A DNA stretch of 54,263 nt, filler included, from Sphacelaria rigidula (taxonomy: Eukaryota), in NCBI GenBank assembly GCA_964200075.2. It is 3 parts of 3 records of this genome, joined end to end, with 100 filler letters (N's around TTAATTAATTAA, not from the genome) between each part and the next. Parts side by side here need not be neighbours in the genome. Positions count along the whole stretch, not along the records: positions 18,123 to 36,144 come from CAXNAA020000935.1; 2 more parts are not named here. One strand, written 5' to 3'. Below, in pieces: positions 23,401-36,244 of the stretch. How positions within the stretch are numbered: the stretch's first letter is position 1; each line of letters starts with the position of its first letter. A program made the position numbers and the translations under genes. A model generated the notes under the pieces. It had not been told where the DNA came from and searched no databases. It was given only the letters and a program-made list of their open reading frames with translations.

Positions 23401-24898
23401 AAAAATAACAAAGTTATCCTGTGTCGAAGGAATTCGGGTTCCATGACTGGCCCCAGCACGTAGCTTGAGAAGCTTCAACATCCCTCCGGTTTGCAAGGAC
23501 CGACCTCACAACGGGACAGATTCACAAAGCCAACAACAAGGACTGCGTCAAAAAGTAGCAAGAATATCGGAGGCCGCGAGATCACCCCTCCTCGTGAGGT
23601 CGCGGCGAAAAATTAAAATGCAAAACGTGACTTTTGTTGACTTTTTTCTCGTTCCTGTAAAAATGGGCTGTAACGGGAGTTTCGTACTGTGCGCGTAAGA
23701 TACAATAGTGCACACACCAAAATCAACGGAGAAGATACTGGCACTTCTATCTCTCGAGAAAGTCAGGGTCTCAAAGGTTCAAGGTTTGATGCTAAATTTG
23801 TTCCTTCTTGCAGGGAACAAACGGTACAAGCAACACTGCCGACGGACAGCAACAACGCCGTTGTTCTGCGGTGTAAAATATTTTGACGCATTTGCGTACT
23901 TTCCCATATGTTCTCACCTTGTCCTCAGGTCGGAGTTCGCTGCTCTTTTTATCGTCCACGAACCCTGTTTTTTTAATGGTCGGCGTCGGAGCCGTCGTTT
24001 TCGGCGTGGGCATCGCTACGGCCGGGCCCATGCGCAGCGCCTGTCCAAGACAAACATTGGAAATAAAGTTTTTTGGATCACACCCTGTTGGGTCGCAAGC
24101 TGCGGTGTCCAAACGAAAAAAAATGACGACCTACTCGCGATGCACTGGATATGTTGAAGGCGTCGGCTATGTCGGCCTTTTCTAGAGTATTGATGCTTTT
24201 CAAGATCGCCAAGGATGCAAAACAGTACAGTCACCGAACCCTTCAACAGTAGTCAGTACAATGTCCAGTACAGTACATGAATAGTGCAGTACAGTTAGGT
24301 CACAAACGTCCAATACTTCCGAAGACGAAACATGATTCGACCGTCGAGTTGAAGAGTGAACACGCAGCGCCCCACGACAGCATTTATGACACGCACCCCT
24401 TCTCACGCGTTGTTCTCACCCCTCACATGAGAAGTAAAAGCGGTTCTTCAAGCAATGTCACCCTCGAGACTGATTCGCAGTTGGCAGCTTTGAAACTGCG
24501 ATGGTTCACCTGTGCCAACACGGGCAAACAGACAAACATGCTAATGCGGCTTCGTTCCTGCGCCCTCCCACCTCAGCCCCTCGTCATCAATTTCTTGTCT
24601 TCAATAGAGGGATACAGGGTGTTTTTATTCCGCCGGCAGACCACTCCACATCTGCTCCTTACTGCTTATTCTCATGTGCAGCATATCGACGACAACTGAC
24701 CACAGAACCAATAATGAAACGCGCGAAACTCACAGCGTACGGTGTGCGTGCCGAGGAAGGTCGTCCAGTCCAGGTGGCGCGGGCGTCCTTAACGAGCTGC
24801 CTCGGGGTAGCAGTGTTGGCGGCTTGCGGCACGAAGGCATCAGTGACACAGCACGACGCCACGGCTGCCAGCGTAATCCACTTGCTGATGGAAAACAT
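20455..24898 (-). CDS. clpS: Plastid-targeted ATP-dependent Clp protease adaptor ClpS
   Basis: Exons 24898-24734, 24040-23900 (or 23918), 21270-21160, 20568-20455 (TGA), all phase 0. ClpS core YKVLLFNDNGNTREFVARSLVQVVGLPEDVAYQIMQQ|ANDNGMAQVGIWHQEMADAYSSSLKERGLVSDIYPVD. N-terminus MFSISKWITLAAVASCCVTDA-FVP is a signal peptide with an ASAFAP-type cleavage motif. Confidence 0.9.
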
Positions 24899-25370
24899 GA
24901 TGTCAACCGAAATAGACTTCCTTGCAACTTCTGTCGGAGAAAACTCTGTGTGAGCGGCGAACTCTGCAAGAGTAAACTCTTGGGAGAGCCTCTTGTGAAA
25001 CAGATGTGCCAAGGGTTCGACAATGCAACGCGATATGATGTCGGTTGGTACACAGCAGTATGTCGAGAACGCCCCGTGTGTATGGGACGCTCCGCGCACA
25101 ATGTATCGCTGGGTCTGAGACAATTAATTCTTACCCTCCTACAATAACGCCTACGCTGAAATACTGTCATTTGCTGCGGTACCAACAGGCAGTACGACAA
25201 CTCTGTTCCTAGTTGATCCTCGTAGCACTATCCCCGTCGGTGACCCCTTTCCCTTGCAGGACACGTTCACGGCGTATCGATCCTCTTCTCCTCTACTTGA
25301 CATCACGAGCATACAGTGTTGTGGGCGCTTCGACATCCACTAAGCAGTGAGCAAAAGCCTGTGTAACAGC
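24899..25370. promoter_or_regulatory. Probable bidirectional promoter / 5' UTR region between clpS and the helicase
   Basis: Only 472 bp separate the two divergent ATGs. No specific cis-element identified. Confidence 0.5.
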
Positions 25371-28300
25371 ATGACGTCGAGTAGCGTCGGCGGTAGTAGC
25401 ACCAGCTCCACCCCCAGGAGGTGTGGAAGCACCACCTCAACCCTAGCCATTTTAGGCTTACTTGCTGGGTTCGTCAACGTCGATGCTTTTCGCATCGCAC
25501 CCGTCACAACAGGATCACGTGTAGCGCGGCGCTACGCATCCGTGTGTGGAGTAGTATCGTCATCAGCCTCGTCTGGGCGCCTGAGGAACACAGTTTCAGA
25601 GAGTGCGTGGCGCGCGGCGTCGGGCAGGTTGGCCATGAGCACGCTCTCTGCGACGGATCATGTCGCCGCCACGGGAGAGAAGGACGGAGATAAACCAGGA
25701 CACATGAGCGTGATGGACGAGCTCGATGCGATTCTCAACGACGTGCAGGCGGTGAGGGGGCCCCTTTGGATTTGGAATCCGTGTTAGTTCCACATGTTAG
25801 TTCGGAGTTGTCGAAATGGGTGGTGTGGTACCATGTACCATGTAAACGTGGGGTGTGCGTGTGTGTTTTCGTGTGTGGTGCATGGCGAAGTTGACGTTGC
25901 CGCACGTGGCACGCACGTCTTGAATGGAGATTCTTGGTCGCATATCCCCTACAAGCCCTCACAGGTCATCACCGTGTACATGATTTTGCTACATCTTACC
26001 CTACCTCTTCGCATTGATTGCTTCCCCACTACTTTGGGCTCGGTCTCTCTCGTCATGTAGCGCATGAAAGTTCCCGTCTGCGTCACATGTTGCACTTGTC
26101 GCAGGTCAAATGAATTGCAAAACGGTCGGAGAAGGTATTCTGTGATCCAGTGGTTGCGTACGCACACGCACGACGTTTCTCCTCCGTACTGTAATACACT
26201 GCAGATGGAGCGGTGGTCTTGCACCGCACATGTTTCCCCCAACACCACCTTCATGTCGTGTATCGCGGGCATCAATATCTCAGGCAGTCCCATGTTGCCG
26301 GCGTATCAGTTGCACTACTGCCCATTGGGGTTTCCTGTCTGTAATGCGTCTGATGTGTTGATGTTTTTGTCAACCCTGTTTCGTCCCGGAAGCTACCACA
26401 CTGCGTACTCGCTCCACGTCTCTTTACACGGAGCGCACGTAAGCACATCGTACCGGGGCATGACTCCACACCTCCCGTATGCTCGGACCCTAGCATATTC
26501 CGAGATGGCATATATACAAGAGACGGTAGAAGTGGTGGAGGCGAATGCTGTAATGGTGGCACACCCCCTCTACCCAACAAAACAATGTATCTCGCGATTC
26601 GAGAAAGTTCGCTGAAGATCTTGGAGAAACATCGAGACTTGATTCACACCGCTGAACAAAGCGTGGACGGTTTGTACAGGTTGTTACTGTGTATACGCTA
26701 CAGTACTCGAAGCAGCATGTCAGTATGCTGAGTCCGCGAAGTGGCGAATCTTTGGTGGCAGCTGGATCCGCTACATGCAAAATAAAATCAACTTTCGGAT
26801 TCACCCTCACTGAAGGCTTGTCGTAGGCCCGAGACATGACTACTTTGGGCCTTTTTTTCAGCACTTCCTCGGGACGAATCCGTGCGTTGAGATCATTCCT
26901 TGCGTTTTTAGACCGACTCTAATGGGAGCCATTCAAAAGTACAGTTCAAAACTGCCTTTCTGGCCCTCCTCCGTCGTTTTACGCCCGAGAAGAGGGCTAG
27001 GCGGATGTTGACGCCTCGGAATGACTTGCTCTACTCATCGAGGCTGTTCCAGGGCAACCTTGCATTTCCCGGGGGCCGCATTTTCAGTTTTGACCAACCA
27101 CGTATTTTTAACAAAAAACGGTCAAGAGATGGAAAAAAAAAGGGAAATTTTTGATCACCTGATTGTTCTTACTGAAAAAATCCATGCCTCGCCTCATTTG
27201 GCCGGAGTCAAAAGTGCGGCCAGCGGGAAATGCAAAGTTGCCCTATAACGGCCTCAACGGGTAGAGCAAGTCATTCTAAGGCGTCAACATCAGCCTATTA
27301 ATAGCCCTCTTTGCGGGCGTGAGTCGACAGAGAACAACCAAACTGGCAGTTTTCAACAGGAATTTTGAACGGCTGCCATTGGAGTTGGCCTCAGTTTGTT
27401 GGGGTCGCAGTTTTTCATTCTTGGAACAGTTGACCCTTTTTTTTGGCCGCAACCATAGAATATTGCCATCACATGTTGTGGCCATTTTGCATCACCCCAC
27501 CGAGAGTTGAACCCACTTTTCCGATTTGCTTGGTTTCGATGTTTCGAGTATCGCTTCTGAACAAAATTCAACCGAGCATGAAAACTACGGTGTGCGCAGG
27601 TTTCTATAATGATTTTTTGTTATTTCCATATCGTGCTCACGTTCATAATATCCTGGTGGATTTTTATTCAGAGGCCGTTCTCAAAACCTCGGAGCCAGGC
27701 GAATCGGAAAAGTCGGCCAGACTCCTCGGTGGACTGATGCAAAGGGTGCAGAACATGTGATGGCGATATTCTCTGTTTGGCGGCCAGGAGCTGGCTACAG
27801 TATCCCCAAACTAAAAGTTCCGCTCCCCCGCGAAAAACAACGGAAACGGTCTAGAGGAGTGAATTAATCTCTCCCCCAGTACACACCTTGATTTTCGGAA
27901 TCGTGAAATGGATTAGCGCTCCTACACCGCGTCGCCTTTAGTCCAATGAACTGTCGACAACATTGACCACACCCCGCCCCGCCCCGCCTACTCCAACCGT
28001 CGGTGTCATAACGAACAGGAAACCAAGGCGAGCAAATCCCCCGTGAACAAATCCCGTTCGAACAACCCCGCCGACGAAATCATTTCGTCCGATGCAGGCG
28101 TTCTCGACACCCTGTTGGCTTCCTCCTCCCCGGCAAAGAGTACCCAGCAGCGTGCGAAAAGCGGAAGCGCTGCGCTAAGCGCCGATCTGGACGAGTTGCT
28201 AAGTCCCGACACCTCTCGTTTCTCGAGTAGGAGCACGATGGACGCCCCCCCTCAGCGTTTCTCGGCCGGAGGCACAAGCCCCCCCCCGCCACAGCGTTTC

Positions 28301-31300
28301 TCGGGCGGGGGCACCGTCGCCCCTCCTCAGCGATCTCCGAACGGTGGTGGTGGCGACCGAGGAGGTGGGTGGGATTCTCCAGATCAGTCGCAGTCGCGGG
28401 CCCCTCCCGGTGCTCAGTCAAGCTTTGGCTCGTCTTTCGCAGCTTACGCGGACGATTTCGGCTCGGTGCGCGGGGCGTTCGCTAGCGATGTGAACGCCGC
28501 GCAGGAGAAAGAGGTGAAGGGGGACCGATCAATCACTCATGTGGACGTGGATGATGAAGGGGCGTGCCCCGTATCCGACAAGGACATCGACGAACGAACC
28601 GTGAAGTTGCTGGCGGGGCGCGGTATCACAGTCTTCACTCCTGTTCAGGTTGGTTTCACTTTTTCCCTCTGCTGGACGAAGTCCGTTGGTGGTCTGTCCT
28701 CTGCTGTACTCTACTCCACAATTCGGTTCTTGGATGTTGTACAAGTCGTCCGGTTTGCTGTTACCTTGTGTAACACCTGTCCAGTTCTTTTGGTTCGTTC
28801 GACACGTGCTTGTCTTTCAAAGTGACTTGGTGTTCGATCCACAACGCGTTCAGAGTGCCACGCAACGTTACATGGAGTCATGTAAAGCCTTGGATCTTGT
28901 CGGGTTATGATTGGCCCTCATCTTTTATCGGCGCTGGCTTTGCGCTGCCGTCGTTGAGATATACGGCGATTGTGATGCATGATCCCGTCTAGTGTTGCAT
29001 ATCTAAGTGTAGGGTTCGCGTATACTTCGAGCTTCGGTGCGCCGACTGACTTGTTTTTTTAAATATGGGCAATGGCATCGACCAGAACTCATGTTGAGTG
29101 CACTCATCCCGTGTATAACCGCTAACTCGTATTTATTGATGCCAACTGTTCATCTACGGGTATTGCTCTTCATTTCCCCTCCATGTTTGATGACACCAGG
29201 CGATAACATACGACCACATCCTAACGGGACGTGACATCATTGGCAAATCGCGGACGGGAACAGGAAAAACGATTGCGTTCGGTCTGCCGGTCATTCAACA
29301 CCTCGCTCGCTTCGCCGAAGACCACAAAATTCGTACGCAAGTACGCGGCCGGTCGCCCCGGTTTCTCGTCGTGTGCCCCACGCGTGAGCTCGCCCGACAA
29401 GTGAGTACTCGTGTAATGCAGTGAGATTGACTTTGATGAAAACCGAAAGTGTTGTCGAGCCTTCGGGAGTGTTCGATTTTTTGCTGCAGTTGCGAAGAGC
29501 TTTGTCTTATTCAAAAACTGATGTTCGGCGTTTCCTATAGTTACCCGCACGCCTTCATCGAGACCCCCCAGTACATTTTTTTCTCTCGTGTCTTTCGTCA
29601 TCAATTGAACATTAGCTGTAAGTTTGCTCACGTCGCATAGCTGATGAGTTGACTCAGCTATGTGGAGCTACTCATCCAGTAGAAGTGGGTTTGACCAGAT
29701 TACTCATCTGTTGGAAACGGGTACCGCTGATTTATATGCTACACACGCCGGACAGCTCATGATGTACCTGAACATTACTTTATATCATTGTACCAATCCG
29801 GATCGTGAGCTAGCTGCTTATTTCACTACCTTTTCCATATTTCCTTCCTACCGCGCTGAACGCCGAGCATGCGGAGTAGCAGCAAAGGCGGTGCTTTGGC
29901 TTCTCAGGCCCCGCTGTCACATATTTTATGTTCTTGGACAAAAAAATCGGAGATGTCTCTTCGATTAGTAAGTTCTCAGTTTCTCATTGGCTGTCCGACG
30001 TGTGCTCAGCCAGTGAAAATAGGTGCCGCTGAGTAGTACCGTAAAACCCAGCCAGTGGGAACAGATACACCAAGTTATACCATGAACATTATTCATATGG
30101 AGAAAGTACCGCTGAGATGTACCATGTACCCGATCCAATGCACGAGGATATCGCTCAATTATATAGTATAATGCAGCCAATGGAAATAAGCACAGCTCGT
30201 TTGCGACTCAGTTCGGTTGTATGGCTTATATCTTGATAGTGATCTTCTGTCTTACGGACCGCCGCGCCCCGGTGGTGTCATGATACAGCTGACATCGAGT
30301 CGAATGCGTCCACTTTCGCTTTGACTTCTTCCTCTGAGAATATCTGATTTTTGTCGTTTAAGGTTGGAGGACGTGAGAAACACAAGGAATGTCTTGCTTG
30401 AGTTCATCAGACGAGAGGCGACGCAGTGCGGAAGTGCTAATCAAATCCGCGATACGAAATGTAAGCCATGCGCCAGCCCAGAGACGAGCTGATCCGCGAG
30501 AACACGGACCCGTTATGAGGACGAGGAGTCTAAGGTCAACCGTAAAAACAAGAACGGCGTCCTATCTATGGGGCATTGTCTCAACCATTTAAAAAAAATA
30601 CGGTTCTGACACCACTCAAAAACTCGATCACTCTGGCGACCTGAGCGTCAACGAGGTGGTGACAGAACCGGGCCCTCTCTTGGACAACGATCTCATCTTT
30701 TTTCTGACGCTACTACCCACAGGTTTATGAGGAGCTGTCATTTCTCGCCACTCCCTTCGGCCTCCGCTCCGCGGTGTTCCACGGCGGAGCCTCCTACAAC
30801 CCCCAGCAAAACGCTCTGCGCGACGGCTTGGACATTCTCGTGGCAACCCCTGGCCGCGTGATAGACCATCTGCAGAGGGGAAGCCTTAACCTCGCCGACG
30901 TGCAGCACGCCGTATTGGACGAAGCGGACGAGATGCTCAACATGGGATTCGCCGATGCTATCGAGAGCATCTTCTCTTACGTGAACGTGAGGTTTGCCGC
31001 AGACTGTCGGGGTATGGGAGGAGAGGAAACCTGTACTCGTTTGATTGGCTTTGCTTGATTGATATCGCCACTGTAACTGTTTCATCGTTGAGCCCAGATG
31101 GTTCTCATTGAGGGGCTCCTGAAGTTAGGGGGCCACACAAGTATTTCAGTCTCGATTTTTCCTCCCTCAAATTCATTTAGATATCCCAAGCCCATTGGAA
31201 TGTTGATCATGGTGTGCTCTCATATATACCATGAGTACTGTATTTGATCAAATAGAACACATATTGTGCGCCCTACCGCAGCATGACTCTCACAAAGGTA

Positions 31301-34300
31301 CTTGGTACATGATATTCATGCGGAGCGAGGTACACGTACACGGCTAAAAAAATGAGGTTCTCGAGCAGCTTTGAGTGTCTCTTGATCTCTGCATGTATGT
31401 ACGGTGCTGATGAAGTCATCGATTTATTTTGATACTGTCATCCGTAGGAGTATTCTACAGTACACATGCGAGCTGGGCCAGCCGAGAAGCGATTCTGCAG
31501 TGTGCAGGCCCATTATACGGCCAATACGTGGAGTTGGACCCTGCAATTTGGTATGGACAATGAGTAGGGCATAATAAAAAAACTACTGGCGTACACAAGT
31601 TTTTTTTTTCCATGAGTTTGAGGCATTTTACCAATATCTGAAAACTGATAATTGCCCTCAACTCATGAAAAAAACTCCTCGTGTGCGCCAGTTCTTTTTA
31701 TCATGTCCTACTTGTTGTCCATACCAAATTTCAGGGTCCAACTCCAAGTATTGGTCGTATAATGGGTCGTTTAGTGACGGGATCAGAATAAATTCGGAAC
31801 AGAATTATGTTGGCCATTTACCAGATAAAGCCCATAAGCAGTGTTCATTTCTCCTCAAAACTGCCCCAGAAACCCGATGACAACGAAAAAAAAAAAACTG
31901 TGTAAGATTTGTTATGCACTAGCGGTTCTCCATACGAAATTTTATAGCATAACTCTCAAAAACTGAGACGCGATATCCAGGTTCAGCTAATCTAGCTCAT
32001 CTGCTCGTAATATACTGATGTCAGTATGGAAACTCATGTGCGCCATATCCTGACATGGATTAGGAATTGAGTCAAGGTGAGGGTATCTATCGTCTCCCCG
32101 TGCTCCAGGGAATGTCCGCACCAAAATTCGTCGTCATCCGCTAAATGCATCGATCGGGGGTTTCATGGAGATTTTTGTATGGACGCTATCTTCCTTAGAT
32201 ATAGAAATTACTAGACATGAGGTTTAATCGACGAGAAAATATGGGCCCAAAATTTTGAGCAGATGGGCACCTTCCCCTTGGTTGGACGATTAAAAAAATG
32301 TGCGGATCATGGCCCAACTCGACCGTGTCGACGAGATATTGCTTTGAGAGCTTGAATCCGTGTCTAGGCTGGCCCAGCTCGTACTTTTTATTTTGGAAGC
32401 TTTGCCTATATAATAGTCTTGACTTCCAGTTCGATCCACCTTGAACTAAGTTCCGTTGCACTGAATTGCCCCAATTTGTGTCTGTGTATCTACAGGTGCG
32501 CCAATGCCAAGTACTCCTCTTCAGCGCGACCGTTCCCAGCTGGGTCAGGAACATCGCCAACAAGTACACCGACAACCCCCTGACTGTGGACGCTGTCGGG
32601 AAAAACGTGAGGAGGAAAAAAGTCGGTATTGCCCCGTCTTTTCTCTATGGTTTAATATCTATCACGAGACGCTTAATTTGTTGCCCATTCATGATTCCGC
32701 TCCCCGCGCCTGCTGCAGTGATGATTTCTCAATTGTTCAGATGGAAGTTCATTCTACGGTAGTACTTGTTTTTTCTTTCCAGGGGAGGCACGGAGTTCAA
32801 AATTCTTCCCGAGGTTTGTTGTGTGGCTGGCCCCATCCTCTTGTCGTTGACGTACGGAAGTTGGGCGTGTAGCTGCCGGAAGAGTGTAGTCTCTGTCTAT
32901 TCTTCCCGATCCTGTGGCGGGCATTTGGTGTGTACATGCGAGGAACAACGTCAAGTTGATGCACTGTTGACTGGAACCTTCATTGATTCGAACCAGGGGC
33001 ATTCCAACTCATGTACGCTACCGTGTTTCCCTTCTTCTCTGTTCATGCTCTGTCTACCTGTATATATATTTTTCTTTCGGTGTTTGACAGTAGCAGCGTG
33101 ATGCCTTCCTTGCTCCCGCGGGGCTCATGGAGAGCAAATGCTCGAGTGGTCTTGTCTGAAATAGTTGGCCCGCATTCTGCTCCTCCGACCGTTGGATTTC
33201 CTTTCATGTATGGGTGCAGGTGCTCCTCGCACACTACATTTCTAAGCTGAAGCCATGCTGCAGGGGCCGTTCATCTCAAGTTTGATATCGTCAAGTCCTC
33301 CCTTTTTTTCTTGTTGTTTTCTGGCCGGCTTTTTCGTCCTCAATATTGTCCAGTTGTTTCCATCCTGTCCCTTTCCTTTCTTTGCTCGGTTCCGTTTTTT
33401 TTTTTTAATACGTCTACTCCGCCTCTAAGTCACTTCGCGACGATATAATCAGTCATTCAATCTGTCTGTTGTATCCCTCAATTTCACCCCTCTTTTTCAT
33501 TGAGAATCTTCGTGTTATTTATCCGTTGGGTACGCACGTCTATCTCGTGGATAATGACCACCACCGGGTCCCTCAAGCATCAGTAACGGTGGAACTGTCG
33601 AATACCGACAAGCCTTCGCTTCTCGTGGTGCCTCTGTTGTCCACTTTCGGGGTTTCCCGTACCACAGGAAAATAAGCTGGCCACTACGGTGAAGCACGTG
33701 GCGATCGAGGTATCCAACCGGCATCGTGCGGCGATGCTGGAGGACATCATCACCGTGTACGGCAGGGGTTCCCACGCAATCGTCTTCACCCAAACCAAGA
33801 AGGAGTGCGATGAGCTTGCCGCGGGTACCACTTTTAAGACTCTCACTTCGCAGGTGAGTTTTGACAGGAGCACAGCCAGCACTTGATCGATCGCCTCCGT
33901 TGACGAGCGCTGCGTCCAAAAGCTATTCAAGCATCCGGGGTATCATGTTCGTCTGGGTCTCGATGCCGTCTGTTCAATTTTGACTTCCGTGGTTGTTTTC
34001 CGTTCCGCCGAACTCTGATCATCGTGAATGCAACGAGGCATGGAGTGATGACAGCATAGTCGGGTTTTTTTTCTGTCGTACGTCTCCAACGCGATCTCTT
34101 TCTGGTATAGTAGAAGGTGTATGGTTTGTGTGTTTTGTATAGTCGGCCCGGAGAGGGCGGAAGGATATATGCCCCCGTTTCAACACGAGAGGTGGAGCCC
34201 CGTATAGTACTTATTTTCCAAGCATCTCACCGTCTCATGAAATATTACGCTCGCAATAGCTGTGTTGGTTGTTGAGATATGAACCCAAGAACGACTAGCG

Positions 34301-35959
34301 TTAATTTAGATGTCAAGCGCAGCCATTTTCGGCCGAATGTAAACGGGGAGGGTGCTGCGAAAGACAGGTGAAAAAACCTAATGTGATTCGTCTGGCCTAT
34401 CGTTGCTCGAAGTTCAAAGCCTGAAGAGTACTAAATCTTCTCCGGTGAAATCAGTGGAATCGGCCATGCTTTCCCTTGAAGTTTTACGTGCCATACTGTT
34501 GGGCAACTCCGTTCCTCTATTTTTAACTTCATGATGTAAAACCGCACATTTTTAACATGAAAATCTTGATTAATTTGATTCTTGTCGAAAGTGCTGGATA
34601 AACGGCATCAACTTTACCGCCAACATAAGTGAAACGGTGCTTCTCTAACCGTGTCGGCAGTTGACGTGCTATGGATTTTTAGGCGATCAATCACGAGCTT
34701 CGCGGCCAGCGTACAGTAGTACTGCGCTGTAAGTCGTCCGCCTGGACAGCAAACTGGCAGTCCTTTGTCATTTGTCGTGGAGATCTGAAATATTTAAACT
34801 GCCCTGACGGCAAATCAGCGCATCCAGTGCATTCCTGGATGCCTCAAGTTGTATCCGAAACCTCATCAGAGTATAATTTTCGCAGCGGGGTCATCATATT
34901 AGGTCCGTCGGTGACGCTCGGTGGTTCCTGATCGACGTAACTTACCACCCGGGGGGTAGCTGATGCATCCATAACATTATTTTACAGCGGATTTCCGACA
35001 AAAATCAAGGCACTTGCTTTTGTTTGTTTGAATTTTTTATTCGTTCCGGAATCTGAACTCTTGCCTGTATCACGGGGATTTCATTTCCCTTCGGAGCAGG
35101 TGCTCCACGGTGATATCAGCCAGGCCCAACGTGACATCACCATCAACCAGTTCCGGAACAAGCAGTTCCAGGTGCTGGTCGCTACGGATGTTGCCGCTCG
35201 CGGAATTGACGTGTCCGACATTGACCTGGTGGTGCAGTACCGCCCTCCCCGCGACTCGGGTAAGGCTGCCAATCCAACACTGTCCACTTTGTTCGTCGCC
35301 TTCCCCCCCCCCCCGCCCATTGTCTTATGACTATGACATGCATGATCATGAGAACACCCGCCCCCCACGAGGTTGCTGTTTGTCTTTGTCATTTGAGCGC
35401 TTGATAGTTTGGCAAGTGTTGAAGTATTATTTCAATCGCTGCACTGTTCGAAGCTGAAGGGAAGCACTCAAAGCTCCGTGGAGAAAATTTCATTTTCCGT
35501 ATACAGTACTCCGTACAACGCCCACCGGCCGGTCTCAGACCGATTTCCGTACCACCTTTACGTGTTCACGCCGAGTCGACAGAGATACTTACCGACCCCT
35601 CTGATGATGTCTCAAGCGGACCGCTCAACTCCTGCTCTCGTGTGTGTGTGCGTGTGTGTCTTCTGTCTGCTGGTTATCTCGCAGACACATATGTCCATCG
35701 CTCAGGACGCACGGGAAGGGCTGGGCGCGCTGGCACAGCCGTGACCCTGTATTCCGACTACGAGTTCCAGGACATCCGCAAAATAGAGCGGGGGATTGGG
35801 CAGGGCTTCCAGTTCGAGAACGGCGCTGTGCCATCGGCTGAGCAGGTGATGAATCTCGCGGGGACGGTAGCGCGGGAGCAGATTAAGGGCGTGTCTGGAG
35901 AAATGGTTCAGTTCTTCCGGGAATCTGCCCGCGAGCTTCTCGAGGAGGAGACATCTGAG
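25371..35959 (+). CDS. DEAD-box RNA helicase, DDX21/RH3-like, probably plastid-targeted; 3' partial (truncated at N gap)
   Basis: Phase-consistent exons 25371-25751, 28019-28648, 29200-29400, 30723-30986, 32496-32606, 33668-33853, 35100-35259, 35685-35959. Motifs: Q motif (FTPVQ), [50 protein letters not shown]. Leader [20 protein letters not shown]. Confidence 0.93.
26910..27392. mobile_element. MITE/foldback-like long imperfect inverted repeat in helicase intron 1
   Basis: Core arms 27004-27084 and 27210-27291 (GATGTTGACGCCTCGGAATGACTTGCTCTAC vs GTAGAGCAAGTCATTCTAAGGCGTCAACATC), extending imperfectly out to ~26910 and ~27392. A related single arm lies at ~22161-22225. Confidence 0.7.
31508..31768. 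repeat. Long inverted repeat (~115-bp arms, ~30-nt loop) in helicase intron 4
   Basis: CCCATTATACGGCCAATAC...CATGAGTTTGAGG pairs with CCTCAACTCATG...GTATTGGTCGTATAATGGG. Confidence 0.8.
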
Positions 35960-36144
35960 GTGAGGCCTGTTGGTGTCATTGATTCACATCAGTATATTCT
36001 GTCCAACCTTACGTCCCAGAAGCTGTCGTGGGACGTTGTTGTCGTTTGACACTTTCTACGATAGCACCCCCCCCCCCCCCCCCCCCCCCCCCCCCGCCTT
36101 GACGACACCCCTACCACCTCCCCCAACACCCGCACGCGAGTGGG

Positions 36145-36244
36145 NNNNNNNNNNNNNNNNNNNNNNNNNNNNNNNNNNNNNNNNNNNNTTAATTAATTAA
36201 NNNNNNNNNNNNNNNNNNNNNNNNNNNNNNNNNNNNNNNNNNNN
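36145..36244. other. Assembly gap (100-nt N spacer containing TTAATTAATTAA)
   Basis: Same spacer layout as 18023-18122. Smaller 10-N gaps occur at 40025-40034 and 40370-40379. Confidence 0.97.
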
